From assembly GCA_051294375.1 (NCBI GenBank), contig CM119270.1, forward strand, positions 15,112,453 to 15,160,801: a DNA stretch of 48,349 nucleotides, written 5' to 3'. A program made the position numbers and the translations under genes. Positions 1 through 35,938 of this stretch are shown piece by piece. Under the pieces are notes generated by a model. That model worked only from the letters and a program-made list of their open reading frames with translations, did not search any database and was not told the DNA's origin. Origin of the DNA: Paraspadella gotoi. Lineage: Eukaryota > Animalia > Chaetognatha. How positions within the stretch are numbered: the stretch's first letter is position 1; each line of letters starts with the position of its first letter.

Positions 1-630
1 CATACAAGCTAAAGTGAGAACACCTTTTTTATATTAAAATAATAACCTCATTGTAATACAAAATCGAAATCTCGTGCTCTCTCAACCTTGTTACTTCCTT
101 TTTTATAAGAAAATTATTTAAATAAACAAATTCGATTTTATATTCAAGGTATTCAACGAGAAAAAATTTAAGAGAGAGAGAGAAACAATGAAAAGAGAGA
201 ACTAATAAAAAGAGAAGAAACTGAGTGAAAACCCAAGGAAAGAGGTAGTCACTAGCTTAGTCGGTTGAAGCAGGGGTTGGAGGTTGAAAAACGGATAGGA
301 AATATTAAAAGAAGGGTGGTAGAAAAAAGAAAATAAGGAAGGGAGCGAGAAAAGGAAGGAATTAAAGCGTTTGAATTTTCGGCTCGGATTTATTCGAATC
401 TCCAGACTCTCGTTGTTAATTGCTTCCGTCTCTAGTATTCAAACCAAACTAAGTTAGCTAAATCCGTATGTCTCTTTGTTTGTCTGTCTAGCAACTAGAT
501 CCGTTTGTCTGTTTTTAGCAGCATGTTTTTATCTTTGCTTGTCTCTGTCGAAGATTTCTGTTTTGTACGAGTTTTTCTGTCTCTTTTTTTTTCGCCTCCG
601 TTTTCTGGTGAGCAGTTTGTCATTGTCACG

Positions 631-632
<2 letters not shown>

Positions 633-684
<52 letters not shown>

Positions 685-716
685 TCCTCTCTCCTCTCTC
701 TCTCTCTCTCTCTCTC
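633..716. repeat. (CT)n microsatellite
   Basis: Direct reading. Confidence 0.95.
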
Positions 717-1124
717 GTGGTGCGGTCTGTGTAATCCTCGTCCTATGTAATGTGATTGGTCGGATGGATGGCGTCGGATTGGTGGGCGTCAATGAATGAG
801 TGGATAAACGAATTAATGAATGAATTAACGCAGCAATAGATGAATGAACGAATAAATGGAAAAAATAGGAAAAATCGAATACTCTAATTTCTTAACTGAA
901 ATATAACGTTTGTCACCGTTCTGTAATAACAATTTGATTTATAAACAACTAAATAGAAATTAACTCCTTCTCCCCAAATATGTTTTTTCTCTTCTCTTAA
1001 CTCATTCTCACTACCCCCCCCTTCCCGTTTGTTTTTTTATTCTCGCTCACCCGATTCCAACCCAAAGCTTTCCATAACGGGGTTCCACGCTGTCGGCTCT
1101 AAAATTGTTTCTTAATCCTCCATT

Positions 1125-1164
<40 letters not shown>

Positions 1165-1177
1165 CTTCTCCTCTCTC

Positions 1178-1219
<42 letters not shown>

Positions 1220-1220
1220 C
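1125..1220. repeat. (CT)n microsatellite, imperfect
   Basis: Direct reading. Confidence 0.9.
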
Positions 1221-2020
1221 CTCCACTCCCCCACTCTTTCACGGTTCGCTGGTGATTCCCCCCTCCTCCCACTTTACCAACCATTTTTCAATAGTTACTT
1301 TGAATAAATGCTTTTTTTTTTAATATTTTTTTTCTTTTTCCAGGGAATCGACTCAATTCGACCCGCGAACCAACGACTTTGACAGAAAAGAAAAAAAATA
1401 GAAAATTGAAAAATCTCCGCCGGAAAAAAATATTTGTTTCCAGCGACGCCGCAGTGACTGACGTTTCTCCAATTCCACAGTGATATCCCCGATACGAGAA
1501 TAACGCCACAGCGACTAAACCTCGCCAATTGCGACGCTTGGTGGCGCGAAGGAGCGACGGTGTGATGCTCGGTCATCCACTCTCACGCCTCACTTCCGTT
1601 TTCTGGTGAAGCGAAAATCGACCACGCCTCCAAATTAATCGGTGACGGATGCGGAAAATTCTTTCGTGAAATCCGTTCAAATGTGAAGAAATCTAATACC
1701 CCCCCCTCCACCCCCAAAGCTTGGCTAAAATCTTCTCTCCACTTGAAAAAGGAAGCTATTTTTTTTCAAACTGGTCCGTCGGTCATTTACATAGTTTCCA
1801 AATTTGCGAGTTTTCACTAATCACTCGAAAGTTTCCTTCGCTCGTCGATAGTCTTGTCAGACGCCAACCGAATTGTCATCGCTAATTTTCCTCCAACGCT
1901 TCTCGACCATCAAAGTACCCTCACAAACGACCGTATGTCATTGCGAGTTTGTCATCGAGTGTCATTATCACGGACGCTTCGTCGATTTCTTGGATCGTTA
2001 ACCAACTTTTTAACGTCTCC

Positions 2021-2160
2021 GTCTCAGCCAATCCCATTTTGAACACCGACTCAACCAATCGAGTGTTCGGCTTCTCTACCAATACTAGTTAACATAGTCT
2101 CGACCAATCAGCTTTCTCGACCTCAGCCAATCCAATTTGATCCCGTCTCAACCAATCACC
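2021..2160 (+). promoter_or_regulatory. Array of CCAAT boxes upstream of the MS4A-like ATG
   Basis: CCAAT at 2028, 2055, 2079, 2104, 2127, 2132 and 2152, mostly in (A/G)CCAATC context. Confidence 0.45.
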
Positions 2161-2495
2161 GATTCAAATTCGCTTCAGCGATTTAATTTGACCCCAAACC
2201 GTCCCCTTTCTCCCTTTTATTTCCCTTTTCGACCTTTTTTAATTTAACCCATTTCGACTTGAACCTTTTTATTTTTCGTCCTTCTTTTCAAAGACAAACC
2301 TCCACCCTCTCGCGATCGGACGTCGCCCCCCATAGCCCCTCCCCCTATTCTAAAAAAAAAACAAACCATAAGTTCCCCAATTCTCTTAAAACGCAAGCCA
2401 CGCCCTCTTTTTCCCGGAAGCGTCAATTTCTCACCACACACACTCCTCGGCGCGCGCCGCCAATAGAGCCGCGTCCACCCAGTACCGACGCCACC

Positions 2496-26525
<24,030 letters not shown>

Positions 26526-27206
26526 GAATTCAATTGTACTTCGTGTTTCCGCGCCCATTTCCCACTTCCCCCTCCCTCTACCCGATAATTTCCATTATTT
26601 TTTGCGTCTCGTCCGTTTGCATATTTTGTTTTAAAATCTAATTTATTTTTCAAATCTTTAAAAAAAGCGAAACACGAGCAATTTCCATGATATATTTATT
26701 TAACGATTGATATTTTGAAGTGTCTGTTTATTGCCCGACTTTTTTGGGAAAATTTTAACCCTCACCGTAAATTGACCAATTACTCTGCTTAAAAAAATCA
26801 TCTCAAAACTGGTCCCCGTGGTCCCGTTACTTGAACCGGTCCCGTTAGTTGAACTGGTCCTGTTACTTAAACCAACTCTCGAAAACTTTACTCAATTTCA
26901 TTTGTGCAAAAATAGAGGCGTAACATTCTAACATTATAAAGGATAGAGAAATAGGTGGATTTTTCAATAAAATGCAATGTAGAAATTAAAATTTTCAACA
27001 TTTTAAAAACGTTTAAAATGTAAAAAAATCATTTTTTTTCCATTTTTGGGTCAAGCGATCCCCCAGCTCCGTTTTACAAGATACGGCTATCAATCATTGT
27101 TAAGTTTTCTAATCAGAAAATTACGCAACATTACTCGTTATTTAAAAATAAAATGCCTTTAATCATATCTGTTATCCTTTCTCCACCTCAATTTCAGTCT
27201 AATCTT

Positions 27207-27208
<2 letters not shown>

Positions 27209-27290
<82 letters not shown>
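27209..27290. repeat. (CT)n microsatellite
   Basis: Direct reading. Confidence 0.95.
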
Positions 27291-27293
<3 letters not shown>

Positions 27294-27967
27294 CCTTCAT
27301 CTTTCTTGCCGTCGAAATTCTTCTCCGCGACATTTCCTACAATTGTCATATCTCGCACCTAGTCATTTAAATTAATAAAAAAAACTTTGATTTCATGAAA
27401 CAAAAGGACATCGCGGCATTATGAAGACTGAATGATGCCCTCTAATGATTCGTAGAATTTTATCTCTCCTTATCTGCTTCTCAATTCGGTCAAACGTAAT
27501 TCCTCATTGTTTTCTGGAATGAAATACGTAAAACGTTCAAAAACTTAACCAAAAAAAATAAAACCGCAAACGGTCCAATCTTTCTCTCCCTCGCCCAGTT
27601 TTGGTATCATGCATAATTTTTCAATTGCATCCGGGTGTATGAGGGAAAATGGATTGTATACGGATTGAATTTTGATTATTTCTTTTCGATCTTGTAACCT
27701 TGTTGGTCGTTGTTACTATATGGGAGTCTAATTGCGTAGAAACAGCAAACCAAAACTCGTCTTTATTCTCATTTGCTTTTATTAATAAATGAACATTATT
27801 CCAAAGCGATATCTATTTTTTTTCGGACGCGTTTAGTTAGTGTAAAATAACCTATTCTAAAACTAATAAATGTATGTATTCAACTTTATGGTTGAGTTTT
27901 ATCGCTTACCCCCAGCCGCCCAATCTCCCCAATCCCCTTTGAGACCCGCCAGGCTCTTTTCAAGTTT

Positions 27968-28823
27968 TCACAATCCCTGACAACTGGAATTGGTCGTGGA
28001 GCATCCCCTGCAGTCGCATTCCTCGGCGTCGAGATACGTAACCTCCGGAAATGACGTCACCCTCGCGTCGTCGCAATTGTCAAGCGTCACGCGCTGCGTC
28101 GTCGTCTTCGAATGGATGCAGACGTCGTGGGCGGAGAGTTTGAAGGGATGCTCGTAGTCGCCGATCTGTTGGAGGCGGATTGGGAGGAAGGTTTGAGTGT
28201 GGTGGGGAGAGGGCAAGGTGGACGAGGAGGGATGGTAGAGGAGGATGAGGGGAAAGTGGATGGTTGATAAATGGAAACGGAAGGTGGATAAGGGAAGAGA
28301 GGTGGAAAAAGGAAAGGGGAAAGTTAAACAGGTGGATAGGGAAAAGGGGAAGGTGGAAGGTGGATGAGAGGAAGGTGGATGATAGGAAAGGGGTTGTGGA
28401 TAGTGGAAAAAAAAATCCTCACCTGATTGGTGGAACACCGGCCCCAACAGGCCACCACCTTAACTCTCTTGCTGCAAGTGGCCGTTCCGACCGGAAGGGA
28501 AAAGGTTTTGGCGAAATAGCGACGGCAACAGACGTCGACGGCTTGAGAAGGGTCGGCCAGGTTCGTGCAGTCCGTGGTTAAGCCCTGCTCAGGCGGAAGG
28601 GCGGGTTGGTACGGCGCGGGCGGCGGGGGAAGTGTAAAAAAAAAAATAGATTGAGGGTTCTGTAGTTAAATTTCACAAAAATTGTCGTTAATAAATAACA
28701 TTTTAAATTCCACTGAAACAAAGTATTTAGCTTTTCGTTTAAACATTTTTTTTTCACCTGACAAAAACCAGAGATAATGAAAAGGAGAAAAAAAAACAGA
28801 AACTTCGCGTCGACAAAATTCAT
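27968..28823 (-). CDS. GPB5: Glycoprotein hormone beta-5 (thyrostimulin beta)-like cystine-knot hormone; exons 28823-28758, 28584-28423, 28165-27968; 141 aa as assembled
   Basis: Spliced protein MNFVDAKFLFFFLLFIISGFCQ|GLTTDCTNLADPSQAVDVCCRRYFAKTFSLPVGTATCSKRVKVVACWGRCSTNQ|IGDYEHPFKLSAHDVCIHSKTTTQRVTLDNCDDARVTSFPEVTYLDAEECDCRGCSTTNSSCQGL. It shows a signal peptide, CWGRC, PFKxSxHxVC and CxCxxC...SC, all GPB5 hallmarks; both introns are GT-AG, phase 0. Confidence 0.88.
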
Positions 28824-31800
28824 TGTAGTTTTGTATTTTATTTTGTTTCTTTGTTTAGTTTTCACTCCTATATGTTGAATTTGTTTATCTCGTGTCGCAA
28901 CCCCAAAAGAAAAAAAAAATCCAAGCTGACAGAAAACGATAAATAAACATTTGATAGAATATATTTTTCTTTTCTCAGTTTTCTAATAAGATTAAAATTG
29001 TAATGTATCGATATGATCCTTTCTCTTTCGTTACGTTTGTAGATTTGTTTCAGTAACGATTTATTTTGTAATATAAAAATAAATCAATACTGAAACATTA
29101 AACAAGTTTTTTTCCTTTAAATTATAATGTTTAATTTAAAATAAACATTGATGGCAATATTTCCCGGGAGGCGGACGTCAATCCAACGCTATCAGTTTAA
29201 ATAGTATCAACGACGTCGTAATCCTTTCTTTGAATTTCGCTTTGATTTCTTTCTCGACTTCGAGTTGACAAATAATAATACAGTCGATTCTTTCTGAGCT
29301 TCTTTTATCCCGGGAATGAAAATCCTCTTCTTTTTCCGACTCAGAGTATGACTGAGAATTTCAATTAAAACAATATGGTAACCTTTAATCTCATTTGCAT
29401 ATTGAAGTATATCATTTGAAACCTCTCTACGAAATAATACACACTTTATAAATCTTTAAAATGTTTTTTTTATTAAAAATACCTTTAACATAAAATTATT
29501 AGATTGTTCATGATAGTTTTAATAATTGTTTTATAAACTATTTATTATTCATTTCTACATAATCAATTTCTGTACGAAAGCGACGTCCTGTACGCCACTA
29601 GGAGAGTAAGGTATATAAAGAAATAGAGATCTTAATGGTAAATGTAGTGTAGTATGACATATGACACGAAGATTGGGCACAAACATTGATTGGTACACAA
29701 ATGTCGTGAAATGTAGATAGCATTGGTCGTCTTGCATGAGTAGTGTGTTTTTTATCCCTTAATTTCGCACATAATTTTTTAATGTCGAACATTTATATGT
29801 AAATTATTTATCTTTTTTTTTTTTGGACAAGGTACATTTAGAATTTTTAAAAGTCTTTTAATAATCCTGCTATTAATCAAATGGCGCAGCCGAAATAGTG
29901 TATTATAATGTTTTATTGAAGTAGATGTGGCTCATACATTTCCCGGTCTCATTCTTGGAATGTGTTCAAATTCCTATTTTTCGGGACGCTGTTCAGCTGT
30001 TTACAGAACACCTGCTACACCGACCTCTCTTATCCTATTTCAAAATTAACATGAAAAACAAAAGTCTCAAATTTATGTCAAATTTATGAAATAAAACTTA
30101 CACTTTATAATTATAGTATGATACTATGATTGTTATTTTGCCATTGGGCCCTTCCTTGCCAAACGTTTTATTCGTCCTACAATTTCAACTAAGCCCGTTA
30201 AAATTTTTAAATTTTTGAATTGTACCCCAACTAGTAAGAGATGAAAGTGTAACATAAACTTTAAAAAAAAACCATTGTAAAACCTTTATTCAGGGAAAAT
30301 TCTAATTATATATTGAAATTTAAACATTGTACATCGTCGAACTTGCATAGCTAAACTGACAGAAAATATTATTCTAGTTCTTACTAAATGTCTCTCACGA
30401 GATTATAGATTAAAATGACAAAAGAAAATTTGTTTTCATATCGCAATATTGTTGCTTGAAACAGAATAAGTGTGTAATAGATTTACATTTTACAATTTAA
30501 CTATTGTTGTATACAATCAGCATTTTATGTCAACATATTATGTACTGACAATTGGGTTTGTAACCAGAGCCAAAAACTATTAACGTTATTAATTAAAAGA
30601 GTTTTTTTTTTATAATAATCATTCTCTTCAGGGGAAGAAAAAATAGTTTTCTAATCTCGTTGAAACCTAAATCCATTTTTTATGAAACTCCAACTATGCA
30701 ATTTAGTAAAATATTTGGTTCTTCCTCTGAGCATTTCGGACCAATCCATGTTTTTTTTTTCTTAACTATTTAAACTTCTCGTTTTCAAACAAAAAATCAG
30801 TACGTGTTTCGTTAGAAAGGTGCTAGAGTCTGAATATTTCCTTTTCCACGTTATGAACAAAAATAAACTACCCGGCATAACATTCTAGCAATGGAAGGCA
30901 GTAGCAGTGATAATTCTCTTTAAAAGGCCTTAGTTCATACATTGAGGATGTTCGTTTGTTTTTATTAAAACAGTAGCGGAAAAACAAAGTTGCATGCGCT
31001 TATGTTTTTTTTGTTGTTTTTTTTAAACGACCGAGCGTGCGTTCCATTACAAGACGATGCAGTGCCAACTTTCTATATTGACTCAATTCCAAAAAAAAAA
31101 GTTCCATCGCAAGACATTGCAGTGCCGCCTTTCCTTATTTTGTTTGTAATGACAAAAACGTATCGGTACAACACAACGGAGTGCCATCTTTCTACTTTAC
31201 AAAAAAATACATTCGATATATATATATATATCCAATCCATCATTACTTTCTTGTGGGACAGAAATTATATGCAACTTGCAGCTTAAACACTGTTTTTCTG
31301 TTATAATTCTGAAAAATTTTGATCCGTTATCTAGTCTTGAAAAAACTTCAATAGGAAATATAAACCTTTAAATTTCCATGTTTTAATTTTGGAAAACCGA
31401 CAACATACTAGTAATATTGACTATATGTAAGCATTAAGCATGCAAGACGTGTTTAAGCTGTGAGTCGAATGTAACGTTACATAAGGGTAGTTGCTCTCTA
31501 CCATTACAAGACAAAGCAGTGCCATCCTTTTCCGAATAAAGTATTCCGTGTCAAGACAATGCGGTGATAAATTTTTCATTATCCTTTACATAAACAAAAT
31601 TCAGTACAAGATATTGGTATTTGAATGTTTCGCTATTTTTTAAACAAAAAAAATTGAAAGAAATGAAACGAAAAAAAACAAACAAAAAATAAGAAACAGA
31701 AACTGAGTTTTTTAAATTCAGCCCTGTCAACCGAAGTGTGCGGATTACAATTGCCCAATCATTACAACAATTAGTCTATGCATAACTTTATGTTCGCTGA

Positions 31801-32115
31801 TTTGGACTAGATATTCTACCAATTAGTAAATATTCCTAATTGCTAACAAAGATGTCACATATATAATATATCATCTTTTTTTTTGTTTGTTTGTTTGTTT
31901 GTTCCAATATTGCAACGAGGGAGAGAAGAAGGTTTACGGGCGAAGAGACAGTAGTACGACAGATAATCGATTATGAGACGCTTTTTCCGAGAGAGAAAAA
32001 GACTTAAATTTAAAAAGAAAAACCAACGGTTTTATAGTTTTTCTGTGTATTTTTTTTTTTTGGTTTTGTTTTTTAACGTGATGAGAGAGAGAGAGAGAGT
32101 ACGAGAGAGAGAGAA

Positions 32116-32163
<48 letters not shown>

Positions 32164-34150
32164 AGAGAGAGGAGAAGAGAGAGAGAGAGCAAGCGGGACG
32201 AAGGTAAATTCACCAGTGTTTTGTCTCGCCTATTATCCTATCCGCTTAAAACTTTATGCGTTTCTTTTTTTATTTTTTTATTTATATATTTGTTTTTTTT
32301 TTTTGAGAATGAGAGGAAGAAAAAACGGGGGTTTTGCGAATCGGTGGATTTCACGATTAAGAGCAGATCATCAGCATCGGCAAAAAGGGGAGTCGGGAAA
32401 TTAGATTCAGACAAAATAATTGTAATAATGATGATAAAAACATTGGAAATAATAATAATATTTGCTGAGTTTAAAATGAAAGAGAGAGGGAAGGAGGAGA
32501 GAGAGAAGAGAGAGAGAGAGAGGGGAGAGGAGAGAGAGAGGAGAGACAGAGAGAGAAGAATTAAGCGACCGGGCGCGAACGACTATGATGGTCTCTTGGC
32601 TTTTTTGTTGTTTCGTTTTTCTTGTATTCCAAGATAGTAGAGAGAAAAAGAAATCACAGTTATAATAGAATACATGTTTGCTTCTCTACGATCGTGTCGG
32701 TAAACAATGTGTCTAATGTCAAAAGCTACGATTGTCTCATGCAAAACTGAATTCTTTTTTTTTTTCAGATATCATATTCCACATAGTAGTACAAAGAATG
32801 AATAAGATGGGAAAATGAGTACAAACTAACGAAAAAAGAGATCACAGAGATTCTAATACACGTAGATAGGAACCGGGTCTAAATTTCTAACGGAATCGTC
32901 GTTTTATTTTTCTTCTTCTTTAATATCGTTTATATTTATAAGGACGTTTATTCGTGTTTAAAATCGTATGACCTGCCATGAATAAATACCGGCCCTCGGC
33001 ATTGAAAACCGAGAATTTCTTTTTTTTTTTTTAAATGAGCGCAAATTGTTTTGTTTTCTCTTGTTTGTTTGTGTTTCGATCATAAAGTCCAAACGAATTC
33101 ATTTATCTCCTATTCTTTTTGTGTTTTCATTTTGTTTTTTAGTTTAACGTTGGTCTCTCTCTTTTTGAAATTTTTTTTTTTTTTCGTTAAGGCTATACGA
33201 GTGACATGACATAACATGTCACGACGCAAAATATTTTTTACGTTATACTTTTCGTTTTAAACGAACTCTGCTCTTTTTTTTTCAATCGATTTGCGCACAA
33301 ATATTCTTGCTTTTTTTTTTTCACACAAGTTTTCGCATACCCATCTTCTCAAAAATTTACCTGGTAGATTTTCACTTTTTTTTAAAAGCTGGTTAGGGAA
33401 CTATTTTTCTTTTGAAAATTACATTCGTTCTTGGATTTAGATTAATTTAATGTTTTAGATGAAATATCTCTGAAGCAGATATCAGTTTTAACCTTTATGG
33501 AATATTATCAATTCACTATTCTGCCAAGAGAATTGCGTTTATAATCTAAATTTTCGGTCCATTGAGGTTATGATTAAACATTAATTCAAGCAATAATTAT
33601 TTTCTAAGATTTTTTTTGCTAATATCCTCAATGAATCGGCATGTTCAATAAATATGAACAGGTAAGAAGGAAACAAATTTATGGTAAATTCATACTTAAG
33701 ACTCATAACGTGAACTTATACTGCGGATATCAATGGTAACAACAATTTAAACTAAGTAAAATAATACTGCAACAGTCATCTTGTCATTTGTCAATGTTTT
33801 AAATTGAAAGCGTACGGGACTTGTTAAATTTAAAAAAAAAAATTAAATCCTAGTTTGATATCGCTAATTACACGTGACAAATGAACAGATTCATAACAAT
33901 TAAAATTTTCTGTCTTGTATTGTATATATATATATTTATATATATTACCAACTTTTTACATATCACGATTATGAACGGCCGCTGCATCCTGAATAATAAA
34001 TGAAACAAAAGGAAGCACAAGGGATTAAATTCCGTTGTGCTGGCTGTAACAATGCTGCAGAACCCACGGAACAAATTTTGATTTTCAGACGGGAGTTTTT
34101 TTTTCATTTTTTTTTCTCAAAAAAAAAAAAAAAAAAGAGAACTTGGATTA

Positions 34151-35938
34151 TTAATAGGATCCGATGTAGACCTGGCACATAGGGCAGAAGTGATGAGCAG
34201 CCTTCAATTCTCTCAGACAAAAGGGGATAAAGCAGCAGCAGCAAATGCAGCACAATCCTGCGGCGAAGTAGGTGCAATCGTCCGACTTGTAGGTGACTTT
34301 GGTGTAAATCTGCTTGTAACAGTGCGGACATTTCATTTGCTTGGAATGCTGCCCGAGATTGCTCCGCCACCGGATGGGTTGAGCGACGGGAGCCGTCGTC
34401 ACCGGTTGATTGGTCACCGTCACGGCGGCGGTGACGATATTCGGGGGCGCGGGCGCCGCGACAGGCATGGGAACATTCTTGCCGACGCCGCCGTTGCCCT
34501 CGTTCGGATCGTGCCCGTCGCCCTCGCCATCCCGCCTCTGACTCACCAACGGGGCGTCCGTCTCCGCCTCTTCCGAGTCCGGCGTCTTGTCGTCCACCAT
34601 CAAATGAGGATGCAGTGGCCCCACATGCTGCGGCGGGCCTCTCACGGCCGTCACGCTCTTTTCGCTGAGCCGTCTCGGCGTGTAATGGCCGGGCAGGCTC
34701 TGGCTGGTCGTGTGCGAGGGCGGACCCACGTCCCCGACGGGTTCGCCGATGAAAGACGTTTCGTGGGATAATCTCGAGTTTGGGAAGAGCGGTGTTCGGC
34801 TGTCGGAGCCCGTGCCGTCGACGCCCTGCCACTGCCACGGGTCGCTGTCGAACGACTTCATGTGCGACGCGGAGTGGAGGGGAGTGTAGGGCAGGACCTG
34901 CTTCTCCGTATCCGAGGTGCTGCGCCGATCTCTCGACTGACTCCTGTGCGGCGATCCGGGCATCGATCTGTGCCGAGATCGGCGACGAGACCGCGAAGGC
35001 AAATCGCTCTTTTCGATCAGCCCTTTACCGGGCGATTGCAACGGAGTGGAAAACAAATTGCTCGATCCGTAGGATTGAATGTTAGTTTGGGGTTGATTGG
35101 TTGCTAACGACTGTAACTCGTAACTCTGATATGGCTGCCCTTCGAACGGGTCTACTTTAGGCTTGGAAACGTAACTGGAGGTCACGTCGGATGGAGGCAA
35201 CCGGGTAAACAAGCGAGGAGCGATCTCGTCCGGTTTTTTCTGCGCCGTCAAATCGTTGCCGAATCGGTTTTCCAAGGGTCTGAATTGCTGGATGGCGGAG
35301 AAGGGGGTGATCTTGGCGGACTCGAGGGAATCGGGGGTTTTACGGAGGTGGGAGTCGAAGGACGAATTGGAGAGAGGTCCCGAATGCAGGGAAGAGGCGA
35401 GGTAAGAAGGACGATCCAGCTCGGAATGCGACAGGCCGTGGGCGATGCGCGACAAAGCCGCGTCTTGCGAGAGATACTTTTGCACCTCGGGATCGTTCGG
35501 CATGGGCGGGCGCGGAGGGGGAGTGGATCGACCGCTGATGTGATCGAAGTCCAAAGGTTTGGCGGTTGGAAGTTGGCTGAGATGCATGTCGAGAAGAGTA
35601 GGTTTGCTCCTGTATTGCTGCTGATTTTCCGGGGCCAACACGGATCCGTAGGCGCTGCTCGTGATGGCGCCGCCTAGCGACGAGAGCGTCGAATTTTGTT
35701 GCGGAAGGTTTGATTGAACACCGTAGGAAGGGAAAGAAACTGGTAGGCTAGTGTTGCGCGTTCCCAACGAAGCGTTGGGAACCACCGAGTAAGGATTGGT
35801 CGCCGGTTTTTGTCCCCGACTGGAATTCGACGAAGTGGAATCTCGACCCTGAACTCCGGGTCGAGGCGGAACCCGCACGATGCCCACCTCTCTTTCCAGC
35901 GTCGTCGTCGTTTCAATGACTTTGTAGACTTTGGAGTA
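34151..35938 (-). CDS. LITAF/SIMPLE-like zinc-ribbon domain protein, C-terminal part (long Ser/Pro-rich region plus C-terminal LITAF domain at about 34360-34151)
   Basis: 578-aa ORF (frame open from 35938) ending in CPHC-YKQIYTKVTYKSDDCTYFAAGLCCICCCCFIPFCLRELKAAH-HFCPMC-QVYIGSY*, i.e. CxxC, hydrophobic segment, HxCxxC. Confidence 0.9.
   Translation of the reverse strand, partial: YSKVYKVIETTTTLEREVGIVRVPPRPGVQGRDSTSSNSSRGQKPATNPYSVVPNASLGTRNTSLPVSFPSYGVQSNLPQQNSTLSSLGGAITSSAYGSVLAPENQQQYRSKPTLLDMHLSQLPTAKPLDFDHISGRSTPPPRPPMPNDPEVQKYLSQDAALSRIAHGLSHSELDRPSYLASSLHSGPLSNSSFDSHLRKTPDSLESAKITPFSAIQQFRPLENRFGNDLTAQKKPDEIAPRLFTRLPPSDVTSSYVSKPKVDPFEGQPYQSYELQSLATNQPQTNIQSYGSSNLFSTPLQSPGKGLIEKSDLPSRSRRRSRHRSMPGSPHRSQSRDRRSTSDTEKQVLPYTPLHSASHMKSFDSDPWQWQGVDGTGSDSRTPLFPNSRLSHETSFIGEPVGDVGPPSHTTSQSLPGHYTPRRLSEKSVTAVRGPPQHVGPLHPHLMVDDKTPDSEEAETDAPLVSQRRDGEGDGHDPNEGNGGVGKNVPMPVAAPAPPNIVTAAVTVTNQPVTTAPVAQPIRWRSNLGQHSKQMKCPHCYKQIYTKVTYKSDDCTYFAAGLCCICCCCFIPFCLRELKAAHHFCPMCQVYIGSY

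Noticed and set aside
476-1323. ORFs with SLSLSL / RERERE runs (also near 5 kb, 12 kb, 25 kb, 32 kb, 37.6-42.7 kb and 44.7 kb)
   Set aside because: They are translations of (CT)n/(AG)n microsatellites, with no splice or domain support
1380-1660. GC-rich block with an ETS-like CACTTCCG (1591) as a divergent gene or promoter
   Set aside because: No convincing ORF or splice pattern; a single short motif is not enough evidence
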